From: Lepidodermella squamata
Lineage: Eukaryota > Animalia > Gastrotricha
Length of the DNA stretch: 64,000 bases
Assembly: GCA_047495785.1 (NCBI GenBank)
Contig: JBLDXI010000020.1
Coordinates: 558,001-622,000, forward strand
Direction of reading: 5' to 3'
The stretch's first letter is position 1, and every line of letters begins with the position of its first letter. The notes under the pieces were generated by a model. That model made no database searches. It saw nothing but the letters and a program-made list of their open reading frames with translations, and was not told the DNA's origin. This document shows positions 34,430 to 46,879 of the stretch, in pieces. The translations under genes were made by a program, and so were the position numbers.

Positions 34430-37400
34430 TCAAAAGTTTTGAGAAGTCGACACAGGTTTCGTGTTTCCGGATGTCGTGTACTTGAGGACGAGTTGGCGAA
34501 TTTTATCTCGCCTGTTGTCCGCTATCGCATCAGTTGTGCGCGCAAAAAAGTCATGCAATTTGGCACGTTCATCGTTAATTGTTGTCAATTTCAGAGGCGG
34601 AAAATAGCCGACCGGTTGTCGCGTCTGCGAAGGCGTTCCGCCAAATTCGACTTTAATCTTGTCCGTAGTTATGCGGTTCGGCAACTTGCAAATCTCGCGG
34701 TTAGTTATCGTCGGCGCTAATTTGTTGAAGGATTTGACTTGATCGTTCATTACACGATTAGCCTCTTTCAGCTGTTCATTCGACTCTCGTATAGCCCCCG
34801 CAATTTTGTTAGCCAAATCGATTTTCGAATCAAGCTCAGACTTATCAAGCTGATTATTTTTTGAGTGAAATATTGGCTCAACCGCTATAATCCGTTTCGC
34901 TCGGGCTTTTTCATTCTTGCTGCTATCATTTGAGCCCATAGTAGGGCCTTGAGCTACTATGTAGTTCATCGAGGGTAGCAAAGTGCCGTTTCCAAGCGTT
35001 TTAACTTCCTCCGGGGTTTCGATACGACCGTCCAGAGGGACGAACTTCGTGAGTATTTCATTCGGCGTGCTGTAGCACAGAACTACGCATAATTTGAAAA
35101 CGATGTCTAGCCGTTTGCAGTTCTCCTGAGAGTTACGAAATATAACAGAATTTCGAACTGAAAAAAACCCGATCAGGTATAAAAAGCTTCGAAGCCTAGG
35201 ATTGTCAAACAGCTTCGACGCCGTTTTATCGCTGAGCTCAACCGAAAAACTCGTATGTTTGACGAGGGCGAAAAAATTGACGATATCAAATGCTTGATCG
35301 ACCGTTGCATTGTTTAACACATCGACAGCAGCGTCACATAACACAGAATCGCAGAAGAAAAGCTCGCCCAGGACATCGAGAAGCATGATAACTTTATCCA
35401 GAGTTCGTTCGGAATTCTGCAAAGGAGACACCAATAGCTTGAGTTCGTTGTCGAGATTCACAATGTGATAACCAAGCCATTTAAGAAATAACTGAAGCTC
35501 GACAGTTTGCGGCAAGCGGCTCATTTCGTTAAGGTCAGGGGGTGACAGGATAATTAATCTAACCCGTTCGAGTTCTTCGAGGGAAGGGCAATTTTTCGCG
35601 AGCCAGCAGACCAGATGCTTGATTTTTTCAAACCACTTCAAGTTCGCGGCAGTGGAGCTATCTTTACAACTTTCCCCGAAAACCTCAGTTTCCGTTACTT
35701 TATCATGAGCAGTTTTGACGGTTTTCATAGTTTTTTGCAACTCCTGGTCCAGCATGTTGTGGGCAAGTCTCTTCAGATCTAGCAATGAGTTAACTCCAAT
35801 AACAGAGCAAAAACCGCTCGTCATGTCATCATTAGCCAGTGCTGCCGTATCAACAACACCATTTAGCGTTCGTTTCGAGTACAGCTTCGAGAACCCGTCT
35901 AACAGCTGCTTATCAGTTAATCCGAGCTTGGGAAATACAACGGCATGAGCGCCTGCGAGTAGGAAAGCGGCAGGCAAAACGTAAACACTGTTGCCGATAT
36001 GGTTTCGCGATAATTCCAAGGACTCAATTAGTTCTAGCGCCGAGTGGCATGCACTAATGGAAACTACTTTTGTTCGGCTCATCGATAAACAAGCGATTTC
36101 ACTCGGCGTTAGCTTCGCACCGGAGACGTTATTGGGCGAGAAACTATTTGTGTTTGAAACCAACACATCCTCTGGGAATGAAAAGGCAACCACTCCATCA
36201 ATATATGAAACAAATGTCGCGAGATGAACCAATGCAAAACCATTGCTCCCATGCATGAACGCGGTTTTGTCGCATTGCTCACCCAGGTAGAAGTAAGGAG
36301 AGTGAAGGTACTTAGCAAGCTGAATCACTTCCTTCTGACTTTCTTTCAACACGTGAGGATGCCATTCAGTTCCTTGAACAGCGATTTTCGCCCCGATAGC
36401 GAAAGCGGGATTACCGAAAAGTACAGCTTTATTTGGCACAAATTTATCGTTCGCCGAAGCGAGAGCATACATCGATGATGTGCAAACATCTGCACCTGAA
36501 GAGCTCTTTGTCGTCAACGTACTAATCGTATGAGCCCCACATGCAAGCTTAGCACTTTGAGGTCGCAGCAGAGGTCGCGATCCTCGCTCATCCAACGAGC
36601 GTCTAAGCTTGGCAAGCTCTGCTCTTTCTGTTTCCTCCTTGTTACTTCGCTGAGCTTCAAAAAACAGGTACATTCCGCCCAATTTGGACGTGAGTAGAGT
36701 TTTCCGATGCTCTTCCTCGTGAGCAAGGGTTGCCAATTGATTTTCAAGGCTCAACTCGAGAAAGACTAGAGAGGGTAATGAGAAAACGTTTCTCGGAGAG
36801 GGAGGCGGATCGGGTAGCATAGTTCGAACCCATCTATTTACCAAATCATCAAAGTAACCCGCCATCGCCAGTAACTGCCCATCGGGGAAAATGAAAACTT
36901 TATCAGTATTTCTCCATAACGATAACGAAAGCCTTGAGAATAGCAAATGGGCAATCTCTGATATTAAGTCGTCATCAGAGGAGTCGTTCTGAGACGAAGT
37001 AAGTGTCGCGAGTGGAATTGATGACTGGAACTTGGAAGGCAGAAGGCGCCGCTCAGACGTGTAGCTATTAGCCTGCTTATTGTGGATGAATTTCCGCACC
37101 AATTCAGTTAGAGACTTGCCGGTTTTCGACGACGTGGTGGGGATTTTTATGAAGCTATTGTAGCCACGACCAGGGCGAAAAGCCCATATGCACAAGGCTC
37201 TCGTTGAATCTTTTCCAATGTCGGCAAAATACAGGAATAATGAACTATCATCGTATTTTTCAATGACGCTTTCAATCCAGTTGTAGCTCACAGGTCGTGA
37301 TAATTTGTTCAAAAATCGACGATTCGGAACTTTGGCAAGAAGGATAGTGTTGCGAGCCCATTCGATAGTCTCAATTGCAAATTTCGGATCGCTTAAGGCA

Positions 37401-38733
37401 CACTCCAGTTCCAAGTAGATCCTGCAACTTCTATTTACAAGGCTCAGTAAAGTTTCAGGAACTTTTTGGAAAGACTCAACAGTCGAGTATATCTTCTGGA
37501 TGTTGTTAGATAGTATTTGCTGAGTACACTTCAGACCATGCTCCATTTGCGTAAAATTTGGGTGAGAATGGTATATATTCATGGAAAGTTCCCATATATC
37601 CATAACATCGACCTCTTCCTCTGCATTTTTTGCTGCTACAGACAATTTGGCCGCACTTTTCAAATACTGACAGCATTCAGACCTTGCGATGTCGTCGTTA
37701 AGATCGTTGAGATGAAACAAACAAGTGGCCATGAGGAAGTAAATTTTCGCCATGGTTACTTTATTGGAATGAACATTTTTCTCACTTCTTGCGATATGCT
37801 CGGCTTCTTTGAGAATACTCAGTGCTTCTCCATACTTTACCTCAAGCATTCGAACCTCCGCTGTGAGATAATGATGTGTCAAGTAGAATTAAAGAAACGG
37901 GAAAAGAATTACCTGCTGATATTTTTGTAGCGACATATTGCGCCACATCCACGTCCTTGGATACGCATGCTATAGCAACCGCTTGGTCGGCAAACACAGC
38001 GGCGCTAGTTGAGGTTTTGATTTTCAAAGCTATGTGGGATTTCGTTAAGAAGGCAGCGATGCGCTCTTTAGCATGAATATGAGTGTCTCTCGTTAGCAAC
38101 AAGACTCTGTCGCACAGCTTTTCCAGCTCTCCAAGGTGTACAGCATTGCTTTTCGAGTAGCAATTAATCAGGGTCAGCAATATGCTCACTTCATCTTGAA
38201 TTCTTCATTTTAACATACTTCACGATGAAATTTAAATTAAATACCTGATTTTGAGCGAAAATCGAACCCTGTCAGCTTTTGGTGAACAAGGCGACATAAA
38301 TTGGTAGCGCACTCCACCTCTTCCAACTTGATGTAAGAAATTATCAAAATTTTGGCAGCTTCGAAAAACTCCTAATTAATAAGGGTTATATAGTATTCTG
38401 CATCATGCAAGTAATTATAACATGTCGTACCTCGTCAGCTGAAGCTCCGTCCCATATGAATTTCTCAAGCAACGGTATCACGTGTTTGTGAAGATTTAAT
38501 GCGAAGTAAATAAAAGCTAACTGACGTGTGCATTTTTCGTTGACAAAGTGAGCCTCCGAAGCATCCCAGTCAGAAAAGCTTGGCTTGGCTTGAAGGACTT
38601 CCTTGATTATTTCGAGATATCGACACGCCTTTATATTGTTTCCTTCGGCAATAAGCTTATCAGCCGCCACTTTCAACGTTTTCAAATCTTGAAAGCTCTC
38701 GATTGCAGATATATTATGCAATGCTTCAGCCAT
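34430..38733 (-). CDS. TTC28-like TPR + CHAT (caspase/separase-fold) domain protein, 4 exons
   Basis: Helical TPR-like N-terminus; CHAT motifs IFPDGQL, AVLFGNP, LKESQKEV..LA, LVHLATF, LTPSEI, VVSISAC, LPAAFLLAGAHAVV. Confidence 0.8.
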
Positions 38734-39475
38734 CGCAAAATAAATAAATTAAAAATAAATAATCTATCAACATTTCAGAGTATAATATCTCACGAAGGAA
38801 CAAGTAACTCTCAGGTGAGTCATGATGATCATATTGTTATTTGTTAGCCATAGTTAATAGAAGAAATATAAGTGATCACTCTTAGTCATTTGGAGTAAGT
38901 GATAAATAATTACTAGCTCATTCGTTTTCTATCGAAGCTAATTTTGATGAGAAAGATGGAGTGACTCGAAGAGAGACTGGCTTTAAATGGGATAAAGTTG
39001 AACCAACATCTTTGTTCAGAAGATAGACATTAAGCTTTCCGCAAGATGGTGGTGAATGTCGGATTCACTAAAGCAGCAGCCTTCAATTTGATATTTATTT
39101 CGTACCATTTTTAATACTTCTTAGCGGTGAAGAACAGCTCTTACTCACAGTTATTACTAGTACTTCAGTCTCTACCATAGGTACACATGTTATTATTGAA
39201 AGATTTCTCAGGGCCCATCGATAAGGCATTTTAAAGTCTGAATATCGCTATGAAGTGCTCAACAATGCGATTACGTTGTTTGACAGAATCACCAATCATC
39301 TAATTTGAGTCAATAAAAGTTGAACCTATAGCCTTGAAAGTTGTAGCAGCCAAGCAATATCCGAATGAAATACTCTGAACCCTTCAAACCCCTCCCTTTG
39401 CTTTGTGAGAACCGATCAGCTGACCGACTTCAAGTTTTGAGCAGCGCTGAGCAGCCCCAGATTGGCGCGCGGGAG

Positions 39476-39495
39476 TACGTTGCTATGGCAACGTA
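39476..39495. promoter_or_regulatory. Perfect RFX X-box in the divergent intergenic region
   Basis: GTTGCTATGGCAAC (39479-39492) within the palindrome TACGTTGC-TATG-GCAACGTA; ATTGG (CCAAT) at 39461 and ACAAACA at 39501. Confidence 0.8.
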
Positions 39496-40303
39496 AATCC
39501 ACAAACACTAAATAAAATTTAGTTTTAAAGGCTTTAATATAAAATCATTAATATTTTATGAGGAATTTATGAGATTCCGTTCGAAAGGCGGCGCTTGTGA
39601 TCCCGTGATATGTTGGCCCGCATCGGCTGCGCGACGATCGCGACATTTTTTATGCCTTACGGTTTCATGCAACGGGAAACGGGACGAGGAGAAATTGTAC
39701 ATTTTTGACCGTGTTCTTCACTTGGGACATTGGTGGCTGGGAACGCGGCGCCGGCTTAGTCACGGTAACCCTTAACCTGCCCTTTGCCCTGGGAGTACTA
39801 TTGGCTGGTATCGCTCCAAAAGCGCGGTTGTGTTTGTGATGTAATTCGACTTGGATTTTGAGCTTATGACGAGGATGCGTAGGGCTGAGTGTCTTACACA
39901 TCTAAATCGATGGTGCTTTTATCCTCAGTTGGAGCTACTTAGTAGCTTTCAGAACGAGAAGTGCCGTGCCAGCTGTGCATGCTTAATTTTAGGTTGTCTA
40001 GGCGGATGGCGGATTAGCCATACGCCGATCTTATTGTTTTGCTGTTTACTGTTTATTCGTTTGCAGTGCAAGTTTAGCCGTTATCCCAACCTGATCAAAA
40101 CTGTTTATTGCAGAAAGCACCCGTGAAAACACTACTAATTACTAATGATGAACGGGATACGGGATGCACATCAGCCTCAGGCCCAATAATATTAACTTGA
40201 ATAATCAAAAATGATCGAATTCACTGCTGAGCCGGGAATTAATTAATTCGGATCTTGTTTTGTACAGTTCTTAGGCTCATTTGTTCATTATTGTGATTTT
40301 CCA

Positions 40304-41998
40304 ATGAGCACCGCGATTCCTGAAGATCTCGTCAAAGAGCTGAAAAAGCTTCGGCTGACGTGAGTTCTTTTGACTGCCAATTGTTAGCATAAATACATTT
40401 TTCTTTACTCAATATAGGCAGGACACGCTGGAAAAGGAGTTGATAAACGACTGCTTGTTGAAAAAGGGCACCGTCATTAATGAGCTCAAAGATGTGGAAA
40501 GCTGCTTTCGGAAAGAAGCGGACGATATAATTCAAGAAAGTAAGAAAATCACACTTCCACTGTGTATTTAATATTAAAGCTTATGTGGCAGAGGCGAAAC
40601 TTGGTTCCAAGTTATCGAAAATTCGCGGTTCGATTTCCTATTTTTGTTCTGCTGCGGAAGAGGCGAGAGACCCTCGCAATAGTAAGACGGCAATATTAGT
40701 TGCAATTGAACCTAATAATATTGGCATATTTTTAGAGAAAGCCACTGTCATTATTGATACAGTCAAAAGGGCCATGGAAGAAGTTGAGTCTCTCATTTCG
40801 TCTTTCAAGGAGGCCCAAGCATCTAAATTCAGTGATTTGGCGGCAGAAGAAAATTTTTTAGACCAAGAGATCGTTTCGTTTGATCGAAAGTTAGCCCTGT
40901 GGAATCGCCCTGGGGCCAACAATGATGCTGATTATAAAGCTGCAAAACCTTCCAAGCCGATTTCAACTGACAGAGATATAACGAAAGATTTGCCTCCAGA
41001 GGTAGCCCAATTCCATCTCTTTGAAGATGAAAATGGCGGGCCGAGAGGAGGATGGGACAGTGAAGACCATGAAATCTTTATGAAAAACTGGAGCTCTTCT
41101 AAAGCAGACCCAGATCTCGTTGATATTTTTATTACTGCGCTACCTACTCGGACCGAACGGGAAATTTCAGATCACATTACTTGGTATCGGCGCTATCTAG
41201 AATTGATGGCAGTGAAAAAGGAAGCCATTGCTCGATGGAAAGAGGAAAAAAAGCTTCAACAAAAAGAGAAGCTCGAATCTGGCAAAACTAGAGATCGCGA
41301 GTTATTGGAGAAAGAAGCAGCTGAAAGAGCAGCTGCCGAGGAACAATTGGAAAACGAACGATTGAGACGCAAGCAGCAGTTGAACGCGTGGAAAGTTGAG
41401 CGCGAGCTTCAAAGGCTTCAGGAAGAGGAGAGAAAAGCGCGCGAAGAAATGGAGAAGGAGATAAAGGCAGAACGTGATCGATCACGCCACTTGGAACTAA
41501 AGGAGAGATTGCTGCGTATTCAAGAAGAAAAAGTGCGTCAACGCCAGCTCGAAAAGCAAATTGCCGAGGAGGAGAAGCGATTGGAGGAATTATCTCGCAA
41601 AGCTCGAGTCGAGGCTAACAAACCAAAAGTAGAGCTTCGGGTAAAATGGTTAAAAATTGAATGTATAAATTATGCTAAGATGAAATCATAGAATGCTATT
41701 CTTATGGAAGAAAAGTTGGAGCGAGAACGCATCCGCGAAGCTGAAAAAATCGAACGGCAGTTAAGGTTAAAGATGGCTGCCGAAAAGTTGAAACCTTCCG
41801 TGCCGAGCGATCCTTACCGCGTTTTACGGCCTACGAAAGGATGGGAGCATCGAGTTCGGTCTGCAGAACCTTCCGTGAATCGCAACGTTCCTCCGAGCGT
41901 CGTTCATATTCCACACAGGTTTGCAATCAATTTTAAGGTTTTTTTATACTTCAATCGGTTTAATTTTTTGAAGGGCTGTTCCATCGTGGCGTCAATAG
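40304..41998 (+). CDS. CCDC112: Coiled-coil domain-containing protein 112, 5 exons
   Basis: LPPEVAQFHLFEDENGGPRGGWDSEDHEIF..LPTRTEREISDHITWY..KKEAIARWK; C-terminal DPYRVLRPTKGWE..HIPHR|AVPSWRQ*. Confidence 0.9.
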
Positions 41999-42171
41999 TG
42001 TTAATGGATCTCATTCCAACTGTTTTACTCAGGAAATATGTGATAATTGCAATGTTTTGTTCAGTCTTTTTTTAACCTTACACCTCGGTTAATTTTACGA
42101 ATTTTCGTAAAGAAAATACTCACTTTCTGAACTCATTTTTTTATCATATAGGCTGTTAATGTTATTGTAAG

Positions 42172-42408
42172 ATGTACTTACAATCATGGGAAGATTTTTC
42201 TAAAGCCGCTGAACAGCTCTACCAAAGTGAACCTGATCGTTGCCGCGTTTCTCTGAAATATCGCCACGCCGACGGAGTTTTGAAAGTGAAAGTCACCGAC
42301 GACTTTGTGTGTCTTCAGTACAAAACCGAACAGGCACAGGACCTTAAGAAAATCGAAAAACTTGTTGGCCAGCTTATGCGGCAGATGACCACGAAAGAAC
42401 AGCATTAA
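42172..42408 (+). CDS. SRP9: Signal recognition particle 9 kDa protein (intronless)
   Basis: [53 protein letters not shown]. Confidence 0.97.
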   Translation: MYLQSWEDFSKAAEQLYQSEPDRCRVSLKYRHADGVLKVKVTDDFVCLQYKTEQAQDLKKIEKLVGQLMRQMTTKEQH

Positions 42409-42476
42409 TAAGATATATTCGCACGATTAAACTATCAACCAAATTTATTGACTTGTTAGCTTCTCATCTTTAATAA

Positions 42477-43569
42477 ATGACCAAAACTAATACGAAACAG
42501 CGGCAACTCAAGCCTGCTATTCTTCAGAAGATCTTTTCGTTCAAGTCGCAGAGCGATGAAAACACTAGTAATAATACTGCTACTCATCAGTCATCGGCGC
42601 ATCTGGTGCAGTCGCCTAAAATCGAGCGGGTTGATGCCGGGAAACGCCGATTTGTGAAAAATCACGAGCGGACCGTTACTTCTGTCGCATCTCCATCGTC
42701 GAATGAAAACAAGATAGCCCGTCAAAACGTGAAGCAGAAACGCGAGTCCCAAGTGGAGAAAATGAGAAATCGACTTAATGTTGGACAGTTCAGGTAACTA
42801 TCATTTGCTAATCAGTTTTCTCATCTCTCACCTCTCGATTTAGATATTTAAGTGAGCAGCTTTACACTCAGACCAGTGACGAAGCGAGCGAGTTATTCAA
42901 AGAAAAGCCTGAGCTGTTTCATGCTTATCAACGCGGCTATGTTCGCCAGCAACGTCAGTGGCCTTCCAACCCTTTGGATGCAATTATTAGCGAAGTGCAA
43001 CAGGAGATCAAAAGTATCGATGATATCGGCGGTTCTAACTCCACCTTCACTATCGCCGATTTCGGTTGTGGCGAAGCCCGTTTAGCCAGAACCGTACTCG
43101 GAGCACTCAACGCCAACCCGTCTAACGTGAAAGTTACAATTCATTCATTCGATTTTGTCGCTGCTAACGAGCACGTGGTTGCATGTGATATGGCTCACTC
43201 GCCTCTGGAAAATAACACAGTAGATATCGCAATATTCTGCCTTTCCCTGATGGGTACCAATGTCCACGGTATGACTAAAAATATCAACATTCTGCTTAAA
43301 TCGAATTCTCAATTTATTTAGACTTCTTGATCGAGGCTAATCGTGTTTTAAAAAATGGCGGTCGATTGCGCATAGCTGAGGTACGCAGTCGCTTTGAAGC
43401 AATTGCCAAATTTGTCAAGAAACTGAAGAACTTCGGTTTCAAGCTCACTGAACTTCGCGGGAACGACGCTTCTTCTTTCTTCACGCATTTCACATTCGTT
43501 AAAGTATCCCCCGTGAAACGGACTGGAGGCCAAGTGAAGCTTGCTCCTTGCATTTACAAGAAGCGGTAG
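42477..43569 (+). CDS. RRP8: Ribosomal RNA-processing protein 8 (rRNA m1A methyltransferase), 3 exons
   Basis: GQFR|YLSEQLYT, YQRGY..Q..WPSNPLD, IADFGCGEARLA, VACDMAHSPL, FCLSLMGTN, EANRVLK..IAEVRSRF, LAPCIYKKR. Confidence 0.95.
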
Positions 43570-44054
43570 TTGTGGCTCGACTTTTTTGTTGGTTTCGACG
43601 GGAGTGAATTACCTTGGTGCAAAAGCTATATCTTTGTCAAAGTGTTACGTTCATAATAAATGTTATACGGTCATTGGTGATGTGAAAAGACTTTTCAACT
43701 TATATGCTGACACTGAAAGACATTTATTTTATAAAATTCTTCGAACAAAATTAGGTTCCATCTTTCATCGAGGAGAAATTCCTGAAGAGCGCAAACTTAT
43801 TTACAAATCATAGGTATTGATTATTATCGTCTTGAATATGTAAGAGCGGCACAAGAATAGTTATGAATCAAGACGAAAATACAACACGCACTCAAACACA
43901 AAAAAGCAGGTCTTTGAAAATAACACAAACATTCAACACTCAACGCAAGGAGATTCTTCATCCCTGATATTCCAACAATACACGATGAGCCATGCGCGAA
44001 AGGCAAGTAAAAATATCGGTTCAGTTTTAGAAAAAAACGAAGGCCGATTTAAGG

Positions 44055-46879
44055 CTATAAGGGCGCCGACTCGCAGTTGACAGGTCGACCCACGTCGTTC
44101 GATAAGGACACCTCAGCTTCCATCTCGTCGTTCTCTATGATCAACTCGTCCTCCGCTGACAGCGGCGAAAACTGGAACTGGTTTTGAAGCCGTTTGAAAC
44201 AGCTTCGACTGCAAGCTGAAGTGCGTGAATTTGAACTAGAGTTGTTCCGTACACCATTTAGCCGTTCATTCCCAGTGAATCGCTGCAAGATCTTAGTGAC
44301 GTTGCGCCGAATGGCGGCAACGTGTTTAACGCAACAGAAGTAATAGATCACGATAGAAACGATGATGAAAACCACGACGAATATTGCCGACATGGCGACG
44401 ACTAACAGCATCTGAACTCCCGAGGGAGCTTTCGTCGATGCTAGCAGGTCCTCAGGAGATGAGCACAATTCGAGGAAATGAATGTACTGATAAGCCCTGC
44501 CGTCGTCCGTGTGACATTCGATTTCCTCCGGTGCAACAAGTCGCGATCCCAAGTGATCGAAACCATCTCGAACATCTTCGTCACATTCGCAACTGAACGA
44601 GTTATTTGCTAGGTTTATCGAATCATTCGCGGTTAGCATCGGCAAATAAGCCATTCTGAACGGGAAATGAATGATGTGATTCGAATCTAGCCGGATATAT
44701 TCAGCCTTGGATAGATAGCGATAAACGCAATCGTCAATAGTGTCAATCAAGTTGTTTTGTAGATACAACTCGCGGACATCTCGAAGATAACTTTTGCAGC
44801 TGAGCGATTTGATGAAATTGCCCTCGAGGTGAACGAGTGATGTGTTCAGTGGCATCATCAACGGCATTTCATGTAAACAATCACATTCGGCACAGTCAGC
44901 TTTCCACTGGCCCGCTTTTTTGTCCAACGTGCAAAAACACTCGGCAGCACATCGAGCTGTGTCATCTGAACATTTCAACTGCCTCCTTTTGTCTTCGAGG
45001 GCCAGTTCGCGTAGTTGCACGTAAGAATCCGGCTTTTTGTTCCTTAGGGCTGTTGTAGCACCCGGAATCCGGCACTTCAAGTCTAAAAGTGCCTTTGACT
45101 GGTTGGCGACAACGTCGATTCTGTGTTCAGTTGAAACGTCATAGCTTTCTTGTAAATATTTCACTCGGCTCAGGAGGTCGCATGAGCAATCAAGAGGGTT
45201 CCCGGACAAGTTGTAGAACGAAACAACGCCCATGTGATGGAACGGCTTGACAACGAAGAGAGACATCAGTTGATGCGAGTCCAGCGCCCTAATCTTGTTG
45301 TCAGATATATCGACGGCGATGGATCGCTTTATCTCATTCGAAGCCCAGGTCGGTAAGAACGATTCGTCCCAAATTGTTCGGTCAATCAACGAAACTATGT
45401 CATCCATACCCGTATTAATTTGTCGCAGATTTGAAATCGAATTCTAAAATTTAAATAAAATTTACTCGAATATTCCGAAGTAACTCTTTTTAGCTTACGT
45501 TTCGAGCTATAACCGATATGTATGCGTTGAACTTGGTTGGAAGCACGCTGAGAGATTTCAATAGGTTGGAGCTCAAAAGAACAGTGATGATGTGTGAATG
45601 AGGTTCAATGCTGGGAATAACTTTCAGTCGATTGTTATTGAGATTCAAATACTGGAGCATTGGAAGGCGAGAAAAGTTCAACGCTCGAGAGGAAATCGTC
45701 ACGAGGTTATTGAAGCTCAGATCGAGCTTTGTGAGCACCGTCGAATTCGCGAATACCCGATCAGGGATCTTGGCTATTTCATTATGCGACAAGTCGAGTT
45801 CGCTGAGAGCCATGTGTGCACCGATAGGAAAATCGGGCAGTTCTGCGAGTTCATTGTAAGACAGATCGAGCACCGCTAAAGCGCCGACGTGAAAGAAGGT
45901 CGTATTTCGAATTTCCGCTATATTGTTATGGCTCAAATTTAATGCATGCATCTGGCCGTAAAAATCCTCCAAACTTCTAAGGCTGCAATTCGACAAATCA
46001 ACCACTGTTTTCATGTGATTGAACCGCAGATATTGCGGGGCAATATCAAGTCTATTATTGGAGAAATCGACGGAAATCGCATTTGGAAATGACGAATTCG
46101 GATCGGTTTTAATGTGAGCGATCTGATTGAACGACAAATTGATGTTGGAGAGTGATTGATTGACATTTCGATAGGTCAAGTCGAAAGAGCTCAGCGATGT
46201 ATTTTGGATAATTAACGTTTGAATACCACCAAATCGAATGAAATCGTAGATCGTGGTCGTTAGGCTCGAAATACTTGAATTTAACAGCACCAATTCCTTT
46301 AGCGAGTCAAAGCGATCCAAATTTGTAGTTGTATCTAACAGCTGTTTAAATACGAGCAATTAAAGTCATTAATAAAATTTGCTGAAAACACTGCCTTACC
46401 TCTTGGGAAATATTAATGAGCACAAGGCAAGTCGCCGAATGGCTAATTCGCTTCAGTGTCAATGTTAACACATGCAAATTAGGGCAGGAATGCGCATGTT
46501 GCCCGTCTGCATTGACTCCGACTGCAAAATTTCGAAATTCATTGAGCAAATGTAGCGGCAGCGTGTTTGGCAGCACACTTGTACACTCGGAGACGTTAAT
46601 GTAAGCGTAACGATTCGGCAAATTTCGAATATCGGCTGGTGTCGACACAATTTTCACATCTCCTGACCCGGACTGGTGGCAATTAATCGTCGGACTGAGG
46701 GAAAACATGCAGATCCACGCCTGGCCGGCCGACGAGCCGCAGTAATTCGCGACACCAGTGTACGTTTCCTGAGCAGCCGCCGCACATGTAAACAGGACAG
46801 CGAATAAACACAGGTTGACATCACGTGACCATCGCCGAGAATTCGGTCGAAATCGATCGCAGGTGCCAATAGTGAGCAT
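44055..46879 (-). CDS. Leucine-rich-repeat type I membrane protein with Toll-like ectodomain and no TIR domain, 3 exons
   Basis: Signal peptide, multiple LxxLDLSxNxL repeats, LRRCT (NPLDCSCDL), LRRNT (CAAECFC..C), further LRRs, second LRRCT (NSFSCEC), TM, ~90-aa tail. Confidence 0.85.
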
